In this document: piece by piece, positions 1 through 9,233 of the stretch | How positions within the stretch are numbered: position 1 is the stretch's first letter | Layout of the letters: each line of letters starts with the position of its first letter | Assembly (NCBI GenBank): GCA_040755995.1 | Contig: JBFMAF010000035.1 | Coordinates: forward strand, 224,001-288,000 | Source of the DNA: Acidobacteriota bacterium | Lineage (GTDB): Bacteria; Acidobacteriota; CAIWXX01 | Direction of reading: 5' to 3' | DNA length: 64,000 nucleotides | The notes under the pieces: model-generated | Seen by the model: the letters and a program-made list of their open reading frames with translations, nothing else | Databases searched by the model: none | What the model was told of the DNA's origin: nothing | Made by a program: the position numbers and the translations under genes

Positions 1-1
1 C

Positions 2-679
2 GGGGATGACTCTTCGTGGTACTCCGGCATGTTCGATGTCGACGGCGAACTGCTCTACTTCCCGCACGCCCGTGGGCTGTCGATCTTCGATGTCTCTGAT
101 CCGTCGAGTATCGAGCCGCTGGGCCTGCTGCCGACGCAGGACCCAGCAGAACATGTCTCCGTCGAAGGCGATCGTGCTTACGTCGCCGCGGTGCACCTCA
201 ACCCGGACTCGCTGATCAAGAGAATCGACCTCTATGTCGTCAACGTGAGTCATCCAGGCAGCCCGGCGCTGGTCGGGAAGCTGCTCGGTCTCACCCGCGC
301 AGACTTCACCAACGACATCGAAGTCGAGAGCGGTTACGTGTACCAGCTCGTGGCGGGCCCGGGCTATGGGCTGGGCGTCGTGGGGGACGGACGCATGCTG
401 ATCACCGACGTTCGCGAGCCGGGCACACCGGTGCTCGCCTCGGAGGTCCCGACGAGCCCCACCAGAAACGGATATGCGATGAGGCTCTGCGTGCGAGGCC
501 ATTTGGTCTATGTGGCCGACGGACTGGAGGGAGTGAGCGTCTGGTCGGTTGGCGACCGGTCTCACCCGCAGTTTCTGCGAAGCCAGCAGACTCCGGGTTT
601 TGCCATGGCTGTGTGGGTCGACCAGAACAGACGGGTCCATGCAGCGGATTCGAGCAGCTACCTGAGATGGAAACGGTGA
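2..679 (+). CDS. LVIVD-repeat beta-propeller protein, C-terminal part (frame open from the window edge)
   Basis: Repeats such as GLSIFDVSDPS, LYVVNVSHPGSP, MLITDVREPGTP and VYVADGLEGVSVWSV. No stop between position 2 and the ATG at 29. Confidence 0.7.
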   Translation, partial: GDDSSWYSGMFDVDGELLYFPHARGLSIFDVSDPSSIEPLGLLPTQDPAEHVSVEGDRAYVAAVHLNPDSLIKRIDLYVVNVSHPGSPALVGKLLGLTRADFTNDIEVESGYVYQLVAGPGYGLGVVGDGRMLITDVREPGTPVLASEVPTSPTRNGYAMRLCVRGHLVYVADGLEGVSVWSVGDRSHPQFLRSQQTPGFAMAVWVDQNRRVHAADSSSYLRWKR

Positions 680-694
680 GCTTCGTCGCCGCCC

Positions 695-1306
695 GTGCCG
701 GCGGCCATCCAGGGCGACGCTAGCTCATCGACGAACCCCCATGTTGCAGATGCGGGAGTCTGCTCGGACCCATTGTACGACCTGGCTGCTCCTGCTGCTC
801 CGGAAGACCGCATCTATGCCGCCTATGAGGACATCGGGCTTTGGCGCAGCAACAATGGGGGAGGCAGCTGGAAGCAGCTCTTCTGGTACATAGATGGAAG
901 CCCCGGTTTCAGCGACGGCTGTTCGGGAATCCACGTGAATCCGGCCGATGGGAACGAATTGTATGGAGTCGCTTCCAGTTGGTCCGAGGGCCTGAGGGAA
1001 GATGACTCGGGGTCCGCGTTGCTGCATTCCACCGATGGCGGTTTGAGCTGGGTGGATCTTACTCGGGCTATCGCAGGCGGCGGCGGAAGGGGCACTGCCG
1101 CTGTGGACTTTTCACGGCCGGAGTCCTCGCGACTGATTCTGTTCGCGCAGCACGGCGGGACTTTGCACCGAAACACGTGGAATCGACTACCTCTCAGTCT
1201 GCCGCACACGGGGATCTATTCGCTGTCGATTCCACCCTGGGGTGCAAGCCGCATTCTCATTGGGACGCGCGGGGGCGGAATCACAACCTCCAGAATTCCA
1301 GACTGA
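695..1306 (+). pseudogene. BNR/Asp-box repeat (sialidase/VPS10-like propeller) protein fragment
   Basis: Asp-box motifs GLWRSNNGGGSW and LLHSTDGGLSW. No signal peptide or clear RBS, and too short for a full propeller. Confidence 0.45.
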
Positions 1307-1347
1307 GACTTCTAACAAGCCTGGGCCTCAGACCCACGAGGTTCTCT

Positions 1348-1437
1348 CGTACCCGTACCCAGGCCGGGGCCGGTGCCCGCACCCGTGCCCGTACCCGATT
1401 GGGACGAGCATCGGGAAGGGGTACGGGAGCGGGTACG
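1348..1437. repeat. Hexamer-based (RCCCGY) imperfect inverted repeat element, copy 1
   Basis: Left arm ACCCGT/GCCCGT units; right arm CGGGAA/GGGGTA/CGGGAG/CGGGTA (reverse-complement units). Shares blocks with 7024-7096. Confidence 0.75.
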
Positions 1438-1634
1438 CGCCCCCGTTGCGCGGCCCATGACGTGACACGCGGATTCGATGCCAGGCGTAAGCTGCTTATT
1501 TTGCGACATCTCGTGGGTGGCTGCGTCGTCAAACGCAGCAGCGTTCGGCAGTAAGCGGGTGACGCGGAGGTGCGAAAGGAGTAGAATACCTGCGGCATGG
1601 AAGACATCGGCTCGGCGATCCGTCTTCGGCCTCA

Positions 1635-4600
1635 TTGATGCTACTAGCCGCCGGATCGCAACAGTGGATCACACACCTCTCTGGTAGCGGAGCCGGCGCA
1701 CGACTGCGCACAGCGATGTGTGGTGCGGATCACGCCGCAGATCGTGGCGCAAGAGCCGGCGTCTCCTCGTTGTTGTGCGCGCTCATGCTGTACGCAACGC
1801 CACTCGCCGCACTCGATCCTCAGAAGGCCATCACACAGTACGGCCTCGATCGGTGGACTCGATCCGACGGCCTGCCCTCGAACACAGTCAATGCCATTCT
1901 GCAGGCAAGCGATGGCTACCTCTGGATCGGAACTGAAGAAGGCCTGGCCCGCTTCGACGGCGTGCGGTTCCAGGTCTTTGATTCGAGGAACACAGAAGCG
2001 CTGACTGAACATTACGCAAGGAGTCTCTTCGAGGATCGAGACCGCACACTTTGGATCGCGACTCCCAACTACCTGGTGTCCTGGCGAGACGGACGATGGA
2101 GCCGTCAGCCGCTGCCGGAGGCCTACTCGGGCCTGAAGAGACTCACTTTCTACCAGTCGCACGACGGACGCATTTGGGTCGGGGGCAGCAGTAGCGTCGG
2201 CACGCTTGCCGGTGGCGCCATCACCGAGCTCAGGGACACGAAAGGTGCGTCTCTGCGTGGGTCGAGGGCGATCTTCGAGACGACAGATGGCATTTGGTTT
2301 GGGTCGGCGGGCCTTTCGCTGATGAAGGCCGGGGTGCTTTCGACCGTCTGCCCTTCCGTCGCCGGAGTTCGGCTGCAGTGCGCGGTGGCTGACCGGACCG
2401 GCACGATCTGGTTCGGCACCTCCGGCGGTGGGTTGGGACGCTACATCGACGGCCAGTGCTCATACCTGACTGCTCGCGACGGCCTCTCCGGCAGTGCGAT
2501 CACTACGCTTCACCTCGATCGCGACGGAAGCCTGTGGATCGGTCCGATCAACGGCAGCTTGCAGCGATACCGCGACGGCCGGCTGGAGGCTCTCGGCGAG
2601 GACGAGTTGCATAGCAACCAGATCATGAGTCTGTGCGAGGACGGCGAGGGAAACATCTGGATCGGCACTAACGGAGGCGGCCTCGGCCGTCTGCGCGACG
2701 GGAAGTGCACGACGTTCTCGAATCGGGAAGGATTGGGGGGTGCGTATGTGCAGGCCATCGCTGAGGGGGCCGATGGAACCTTGTGGGTTGGCACCGCGGA
2801 TGGAGGTCTCAGCCGGATCAACGACCGGACCGTGACGGCCCGTTACACGGTGAAGGACGGCCTTGCGAGCAACTACGTGACGTGTCTCTGGAGAGACCAC
2901 GACGGAACGCTCTGGATAGGTACCGACGGAGGACTGAATCGCATGTCCGAAGGCCGGATCCGGACGGGTCCGGCCGGAGCCGGCGCAGCAGGCTCGATCT
3001 TCCTATCGATCTTCGAAGACCGCGAGGGCGTGCTGTGGATGGGTACGACCAAGGGCCTGTTCGAGTACCGAGACGGAGTGGCGACGCTGTCGCACGGGAT
3101 CACCGACATCCCGGGCTGTATCGCCCAGGACCGCAGTGGGCGACTCTGGGTCGGCACGGCCGGCGGCGGCTTGAGGTGCATTTCCGGAGGGGCACTCCAC
3201 TCCTACGCTACGAAAGACGGGCTGGGCAGCAATATCGTCACGTGCCTGTATGAGGACGAAGCAGGCGCGATCTGGATCGGGACAGGGGGCGGGGGACTCA
3301 CACGCTTTCGCGCCGGCCGGCTTGCGAGTGTCACGACGCGCCAAGGGCTGTTCGCCGACATGATTCTCAGCATCCTGCCGGACGCCCATGGGAACCTCTG
3401 GATGAGCACCAACAACGGGATCTTCTGCGCGCGCAAGAGCGATCTGGATCGATGCGCCGACGGTGGAGCTGAGCGTTTGTCTTGCATGTCGTTCGATGAG
3501 TCGGACGGGATGAGGAATCGGGAGTGCTTCGGGCTCGTGCAGACGCCTGCTGTGAGAGCCCGCGATGGCGTCTTATGGTTTGCCACTGTAGACGGCGCCG
3601 TCCGGATCGACCCCGAGCGGCTCCCATCAGAGTCGTCACCGCTTCCCATTCACATAGAGCAGATGATCGTCAACGACAAGCTCGTGGGCGACAGCATGGG
3701 CGGCAGCAGCGGGTTCCCCTCCGCGCTTTCCCCCGGGAGCAGCCGTGTCGAGATCGCCTACACGGGACTCCTGTTTGCTGATCCGGCGGGAGTACGGTTC
3801 CGCTACAGACTGGAAGGTCTCGATGACGGTTGGGTTGAGGGAAAGAATCGGCGCCAGGCCTTCTACACGAATGTGCCCCCGGGGCGGTACACTTTTCGAG
3901 TGACCGCCGCACGCCGGGACGGCGCTTGGACCGACTCGGGCGACTCGATCAGTTTTCGCATCCTCCCCCATTTCTACGAAACGACCTGGTTCTACGCCCT
4001 GGTGGCGATGATGATGCTGGGGGCGGCGTATGGAGGATACCGCTATCGGCTGCAGACGCTGCTGGAGCTCGAGCGTGTGCGAACGCGCATCGCCGCCGAT
4101 CTGCATGACGATATCGGGATCGGCTTGACGCACATCACCATCATCAGCGAGCTCATCCACACGCAGCTCCGGAACACGCAGCGCGAAGCAGCGGAGCTCG
4201 CCTCGCAGACAGCCGATACCGCGCGCGGCCTCGTGGATTCCCTAACAGATGTGGTCTGGGCCATTGATCCGAAGATGGACCGTGTCGAGAACCTGCTCAT
4301 CAGAATCCGTCAATTCGCTTCGACGGTCCTGGAAGCCAAGGGCATCCGCTTCCAGATGCGGGCGCCCGAGACCCTGGCAGGGACAAGGCTCCGGGCCGAC
4401 GTCCGGCGTCAGGTCCTGCTCACCTGCAAGGAAGCCGTCAACAACATCGTCAGGCATGCAGCATGTTCCTCCGTCACGTTGGACCTGGCTGTCCGCGACG
4501 GGCACATCACGGGCGAGATCGTCGACGATGGGCAGGGATTCGACACAGAAAACTACGTCCCAAAAGGTAGCGGCCGAGGCCTGACAAGCATGCGCGAGCG

Positions 4601-4682
4601 AGTGGCGCGACTGGGTGGCTCCCTCACCTTCGCTTCGCAGCCAGGACGCGGAACACGAGTGGTCTTTTCGATCCCGCTTTAG
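1635..4682 (+). CDS. Sensor histidine kinase: two-component regulator propeller repeats + Y_Y_Y + TM + HisKA_3/HATPase (true start probably 1716 or 1785)
   Basis: Many D-x-x-G-x-LWIGT-x-x-GL repeats; YTNVPPGRYTFRV (Y_Y_Y); TM WFYALVAMMMLGAAYGG; H-box RIAADLHDDIG; EAVNNIVRHA, DDGQGF and GRGL boxes. Confidence 0.92.
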   Translation: MMLLAAGSQQWITHLSGSGAGARLRTAMCGADHAADRGARAGVSSLLCALMLYATPLAALDPQKAITQYGLDRWTRSDGLPSNTVNAILQASDGYLWIGTEEGLARFDGVRFQVFDSRNTEALTEHYARSLFEDRDRTLWIATPNYLVSWRDGRWSRQPLPEAYSGLKRLTFYQSHDGRIWVGGSSSVGTLAGGAITELRDTKGASLRGSRAIFETTDGIWFGSAGLSLMKAGVLSTVCPSVAGVRLQCAVADRTGTIWFGTSGGGLGRYIDGQCSYLTARDGLSGSAITTLHLDRDGSLWIGPINGSLQRYRDGRLEALGEDELHSNQIMSLCEDGEGNIWIGTNGGGLGRLRDGKCTTFSNREGLGGAYVQAIAEGADGTLWVGTADGGLSRINDRTVTARYTVKDGLASNYVTCLWRDHDGTLWIGTDGGLNRMSEGRIRTGPAGAGAAGSIFLSIFEDREGVLWMGTTKGLFEYRDGVATLSHGITDIPGCIAQDRSGRLWVGTAGGGLRCISGGALHSYATKDGLGSNIVTCLYEDEAGAIWIGTGGGGLTRFRAGRLASVTTRQGLFADMILSILPDAHGNLWMSTNNGIFCARKSDLDRCADGGAERLSCMSFDESDGMRNRECFGLVQTPAVRARDGVLWFATVDGAVRIDPERLPSESSPLPIHIEQMIVNDKLVGDSMGGSSGFPSALSPGSSRVEIAYTGLLFADPAGVRFRYRLEGLDDGWVEGKNRRQAFYTNVPPGRYTFRVTAARRDGAWTDSGDSISFRILPHFYETTWFYALVAMMMLGAAYGGYRYRLQTLLELERVRTRIAADLHDDIGIGLTHITIISELIHTQLRNTQREAAELASQTADTARGLVDSLTDVVWAIDPKMDRVENLLIRIRQFASTVLEAKGIRFQMRAPETLAGTRLRADVRRQVLLTCKEAVNNIVRHAACSSVTLDLAVRDGHITGEIVDDGQGFDTENYVPKGSGRGLTSMRERVARLGGSLTFASQPGRGTRVVFSIPL

Positions 4683-4910
4683 CTACTCAGCCTGAGACCC
4701 CCCACCCTCCTCTGGTATCCACGCAAACGACGGTGGCCCCGAAATTGCCCCCACGACCCAATCGTGGTCACTTCGCTCCCGGCTGCGGGAATTTGACTCA
4801 ATCGCAACACTTTTTTCGCCTCAAGCCATTCTAGCGGCGTGCTGCGACTGCACCGGCGAATCCCCTGCCGAAACGATCATGAGAGAATCGCGAAAGGAGC
4901 AAGAAGGAGG

Positions 4911-5330
4911 TAGTCGCAGAAGAGAGTATTGCTCGGAGGCATTCTCGGAGGCATCGCAATGTTTGTCTGGGGCGCCGTGTCACACAATGGTGCTCCCTGG
5001 TGGGGCGTCGGCGGCGGCGCCCGCTCAGCCGTCACCCGCGCGAGCACTCTCAGACCCGGCCCAGTCGTCGTTCCAAACCCGGTCACCGAACTTCCCCTGC
5101 AGACCAAGGGCGCCTTCACCGACACGTATGTCGCTGGCAATGTGGGCGCCGGGATTCTCAACCGATTTTCAGTCACGTTCGACTACAGCCGCCAACTGAT
5201 GATCCTCGAACCGAATGCCCACCACGACGTCGCGGACGATTTTGACCGCGCAGGCATGTGGATCAATCTGGACGGTAGTTTCTTCAGTGTCGTGGACATC
5301 ACCGCCGGCAGCCCCGCGGCTGAGGCTTGA
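4911..5330 (+). pseudogene. Chimeric remnant: N-terminus of a small membrane protein joined to an internal aspartyl-protease/PDZ protein fragment
   Basis: KRVLLGGILGGIAMFVWGAVSH (then MVLP in a shifted frame) followed by GNVGAGILNRFSVTFDYSRQLMILEPN...DRAGMWI...AGSPAAEA*. It stops inside the PDZ motif, and the in-frame codon after the AGGAGG RBS is TAG. Confidence 0.55.
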
Positions 5331-5339
5331 CCACATGCT

Positions 5340-5587
5340 GAGTCGCACACTCGAGGAGAACAGGTGAAACCTCCGGATGCTGGTTGGTGTATCAAGAGGT
5401 TGCACTCCCACCTGCCTCCAGCGTCAGTGCTCTTCCACACGCACGCGCTGTCGCTGCTACCGATGTAGAGGATGTCCGGCATGCTCGGGTCAGCCTCGAT
5501 ATCCAGGATCGTCCCATGCTCCACTGGTTCCGGGAGTCTGCGCCAGCTTGCCCCGCCATCCGTGCTTCTCAGGATCGACGACGACAT
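5340..5587 (-). pseudogene. BNR/Asp-box repeat protein fragment
   Basis: ILRSTDGGASWRRL...DIEADPSMPDILYIG...VWKSTDAGGRW. In-frame stop shortly upstream; no signal peptide. Confidence 0.5.
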
Positions 5588-5627
5588 CCTTGACTTATCG
5601 TTGCTCGGCCACTAGATTCAGCGGTAC

Positions 5628-6992
5628 ATGAGAGATAGCACTGAGCTGCAAGGCCCCACGTGCAGGCCCGCATGTCGCAGTTGCACCAGCTACCGTCCCG
5701 CCGCTTCACGGGCTACCGTGCTTCGCGCCGTGCGCGCCGTGCGCGCCGGCACGCTTGTCCTCATCGTTCTTTCGGCTGCTGCCGCCGCGGCAGACGACGA
5801 CTCCAAGCGTCTCAGACTCCGCGGGCTCCTGGACTTCCGGATCGGCGCCACCGACAAGACCGAGAGCTGGCTCGACGGTGGGCTCGGGAAGCTGCGCTAC
5901 GGCGGCGATGGGCGCGCCAGTGGGGCGCTGGCACGGCTCTCACAGTGCTCCATCCTGTTCTCGTTGCGTGCGAATGACTCCACATCCGTCCGCGCTCAGG
6001 TCAACATCGACGCCGACCCACGGAGCTACGATCTCGGGAGCCGCATCCAGCCCATTGAGGCGTACCTGAGTTACAGACCGGTGCTCTCGCCGTACCTCCG
6101 CCTGAAGACCCGCGCCGGTCTCTTCTTCCCTGAGATCTCGCTGGAGAACACCGGGCCGGGCTGGACGACTCCGTACACGATCACGCCGTCGGCCGCCAAC
6201 AGCTGGATCGGCGAGGAGGTAAGGACGATCGGGGCGGAGGCCTCTCTCGTGGGCGGATACCTCAGCAACGAATTCACATTCACGTTCGCCGCATACGGCT
6301 ACAACGATCCGGCGGGCGTCCTGCTGGCCTGGCGCGGGTGGGCGATCCATGATCGGCAGACCGGCGCCTGGGAACGCCTCCCGCTCATACGCCCCGCACT
6401 CTACTCGCGCCGAGGCCACCTGCCTGCCTACGCCACGCCGTTCGACCCCTTCAGAGAGATCGACGGGAGAGTTGGATGGTACTCTTCGGCACGCTGGAAG
6501 AGCGGCGGATGGCTCGACACAAACTACTTCTACTACGACAATCGAGCCGATCCTCTCGCATTCGACGGCTCGCAGTATGCGTGGCACACGCGATTCTCGA
6601 ACCTGGGCGTTCACCTCTCGACGCCAGGCAACCTCGATCTCCTCGGGCAGAGCATGTGGGGATGGACCATGATGGGAGGGCCGACGCCTCGTGTCTATAC
6701 TGGATTCTATGCTAACTACGTCATGCTCAGCCAGACCTGGGGCCCATCCCGTTTTTCCATACGCTTCGACCGCTTCTGGAACACAGACCTGGATCATCGG
6801 GGTCCTTCAGACGATAACGGCGAGTCCGGAACGGGCTGGACCGGAGCGATGATCGTCAACACTACCGAGCACAACAGAATCGCCGTCGAGCTGATCCATC
6901 TGCGCAGCCGCAGGCCGGAACGCGATTCGCAAGATCTTCCCGTGGAGGCAGCCGAGGTACTGGTCCAGCTCAGCTTTCGTATTCTGATATAG
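5628..6992 (+). CDS. Outer-membrane beta-barrel (porin-like) hypothetical protein; true start likely near 5718-5739
   Basis: Signal-like LVLIVLSAAAAAA; aromatic-rich alternating strands; WLDGGLGKLRYG and GLFFPEISLENTGPGWTTPYTITPSAANSWIGEE motifs; C-terminal QLSFRILI. Confidence 0.75.
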   Translation: MRDSTELQGPTCRPACRSCTSYRPAASRATVLRAVRAVRAGTLVLIVLSAAAAAADDDSKRLRLRGLLDFRIGATDKTESWLDGGLGKLRYGGDGRASGALARLSQCSILFSLRANDSTSVRAQVNIDADPRSYDLGSRIQPIEAYLSYRPVLSPYLRLKTRAGLFFPEISLENTGPGWTTPYTITPSAANSWIGEEVRTIGAEASLVGGYLSNEFTFTFAAYGYNDPAGVLLAWRGWAIHDRQTGAWERLPLIRPALYSRRGHLPAYATPFDPFREIDGRVGWYSSARWKSGGWLDTNYFYYDNRADPLAFDGSQYAWHTRFSNLGVHLSTPGNLDLLGQSMWGWTMMGGPTPRVYTGFYANYVMLSQTWGPSRFSIRFDRFWNTDLDHRGPSDDNGESGTGWTGAMIVNTTEHNRIAVELIHLRSRRPERDSQDLPVEAAEVLVQLSFRILI

Positions 6993-7023
6993 CGAGACCG
7001 CCCTCAGAGTGACAGGCTCCTGA

Positions 7024-7096
7024 CGTACCCGTACGCAGGCTCAAGGCCGGTACGCGCACCCGTACGGGCCGGGGCCGCGTTCGGGAACGGGTACGG
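7024..7096. repeat. Hexamer-based imperfect inverted repeat element, copy 2 (between convergent genes)
   Basis: CGTACCCGTACGCAGGC...GGCCGGTACGCGCACCCGTAC...TCGGGAACGGGTACGG aligns with 1348-1437. Confidence 0.75.
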
Positions 7097-7105
7097 TTTC
7101 CGTTC

Positions 7106-9166
7106 TTATTCGGCGAGATGTATGCGGAGCAACGCGGCGTAAAGATCCTGCGCCGATGCGGGGCGGCGGTCGGGGCGCTTTGACATGCTGCCGACGATGA
7201 GCCGGTCGAGCGTGTCGGGCAAGTCCGGCCTCAGACTCGCCGGCGCCGGCGGGTCCTGATGCAGGTGCGCGTCGAGCACGTCGCGCGGCGTCCCCGAGAA
7301 CGGCGGGCTCCCGGTGAACATCTCGAACATAACCGCGCCGACCGCATAGAGATCGCTTCGGGCGTCCAGCGGCTCGCATCGCACCTGCTCGGGGCTCATG
7401 TAGCTCGGCGTTCCGACGAGCGCCCCCTCCCGCAACAGCGGATCCGCTATCCTCTCCGACTTGGCGATGCCGAAATCCATGAGCTTCACCGTGCCGTTCG
7501 GCAGCACCATGATGTTCTGCGGCTTGATGTCGCGATGGATGATGCCTGCGTCGTGTACAGCGGCGAGGCCGCGGCAGAGCTGCTTGGCGATCTGCAAGCC
7601 CGGCCCCAGGGCCAGGGCTCCTCGCTTCTCGATCACGTCACGGAGGGTCATGCCCGGCACGTATTCCATCGTGAGGAAGTACACTCCTTGTGCCTCGCCG
7701 AGGTCGTGCACGCGGACCACGTTCGGGTGGCTGATCTTGCGAGCCGTGCGAATCTCGATCTTGACGCTCTGCATGGAGGATGTGCCTGGTCCGAGGGCGT
7801 GCGAGCTCAGCACCTTCAACGCCACCTCCTCTTCCAGCTCCAGGTCGTCCGCCAGGAAGACGGTGCCCATGGCTCCGGCGCCGAGCACGGACCTCACTCG
7901 ATAGCGATTAGCCACGGTCGCGTCCTGCTGAAACACCGGCCTGCCGGCATGCTCGGAGAGCGGAACCTGGGTGGCGGCGTTCGTGGTGCTGGCCCGGCCC
8001 AACGGTACCAGCATCCTCTCGAGGGCGCGCTTCTCTTTCAGCTCGGTCACCATCCCGCGGAAAGCACGCGCGAGCGCGCCGATCTCGCCGCCGGCTCTCT
8101 CGGGCAGCGGGAACTCCAACTCGCCTTCACGGATCCGGCCGGCACCGATCGCGAGCTGCTGCAGCGGTCGCGCCAGCCTGCGGCCGAGCAGAAACGACAC
8201 CGGCGCCGCGACGAGAATCGCCAGACCTCCCACGACGAACAACGTCCGCCGGATCTGCCGGAACGCAGCCAGTTCCTGAGCCATCGATCGCGCCACCACG
8301 AAGGCTCCGTAGGGCTCGCCCGCTGCGCTCTGGATGGGCACTGCCATGCCGATCAGCCGGTCTCCAGCATGGGTCACCTCGAACGGCCCGAAAGACTCGG
8401 CGTTCTCGAACACGCCCTCTACGGCCCCGTCCACCGAGGCGAACGTGCGTGCAAAGTCCTGCGCCTCGAGAAGCCCGGTGGCGACCGACACTGCCACTTC
8501 GGGGCTCGAGCCGCGCCGAGCCCTGTTTACGAGGAAGGCGATGTCGCCGCGCGTCAATCCCTGCAAGGCAGCGGCCTGCCGCTTCTCCAGAGCGAACGAC
8601 GCTGCCAGCACACCGTCGAGATGTGCCATCTCCCCGGCGCCAGATACTACCGGCGTGGCGGCTACCACTGACAGTACATTCCCCTCGAGAATGACGGCGG
8701 TAGATTCATGCCAGGTTCGCAACGGTTCGCTGACCCAGGCCACGCCGCCGAACTGCTGCCCGACTCCCTCGCCTTCCGCACGGTCGCTCCGCGCCAACGA
8801 CGCGGCATCGGGTCCGAACAAGAACACCGTCTTGGCTCCTGCAAGCACCTGCACGGAGTCGAGCGCGAACTCGTGGCGCGTGCTCACGTTGACGCTCGGG
8901 TCGAATATCGCCTTCGTCCCGGGTTCGCCGGCAAGGGAATGGACCTGGTCGGCCAGGCGCATCTCCAGGTCTGAAAGGTAGCTCCGGAAAATCGGGGCAG
9001 CGCGGTCGAGATCGCCGCGAATTGTCTGCTGTGCGATGATCGCCGAACGCCAGTCGATGATGGCGACCGCGATCCCGAGAGCCGCAAGCAGTAGGATTGT
9101 CGCGGCCAGAGAGAAGCGCGTGCCGAGCCCGATCGATCGCAGCCGGTTGGTGCCCGTCGCGCTCAC
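7106..9166 (-). CDS. Membrane Ser/Thr protein kinase: TM - periplasmic Cache-like sensor - TM - HAMP - Hanks kinase
   Basis: Two hydrophobic helices; HAMP RPLQQL...GEIGALARAFRGM; kinase motifs LGAGAMGTV, VALK, HRDIKPQN, DFG, GTPSYMSPE. GTG start at 9166 after GAAGGG; the ORF track extends to 9319. Confidence 0.9.
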   Translation of the reverse strand: MSATGTNRLRSIGLGTRFSLAATILLLAALGIAVAIIDWRSAIIAQQTIRGDLDRAAPIFRSYLSDLEMRLADQVHSLAGEPGTKAIFDPSVNVSTRHEFALDSVQVLAGAKTVFLFGPDAASLARSDRAEGEGVGQQFGGVAWVSEPLRTWHESTAVILEGNVLSVVAATPVVSGAGEMAHLDGVLAASFALEKRQAAALQGLTRGDIAFLVNRARRGSSPEVAVSVATGLLEAQDFARTFASVDGAVEGVFENAESFGPFEVTHAGDRLIGMAVPIQSAAGEPYGAFVVARSMAQELAAFRQIRRTLFVVGGLAILVAAPVSFLLGRRLARPLQQLAIGAGRIREGELEFPLPERAGGEIGALARAFRGMVTELKEKRALERMLVPLGRASTTNAATQVPLSEHAGRPVFQQDATVANRYRVRSVLGAGAMGTVFLADDLELEEEVALKVLSSHALGPGTSSMQSVKIEIRTARKISHPNVVRVHDLGEAQGVYFLTMEYVPGMTLRDVIEKRGALALGPGLQIAKQLCRGLAAVHDAGIIHRDIKPQNIMVLPNGTVKLMDFGIAKSERIADPLLREGALVGTPSYMSPEQVRCEPLDARSDLYAVGAVMFEMFTGSPPFSGTPRDVLDAHLHQDPPAPASLRPDLPDTLDRLIVGSMSKRPDRRPASAQDLYAALLRIHLAE

Positions 9167-9233
9167 CCACCCTTCGATGCGCCCGGGGACACGTCGCGCG
9201 GGCGACGTCGGAATTACCGCCGGATCGTTTTCG

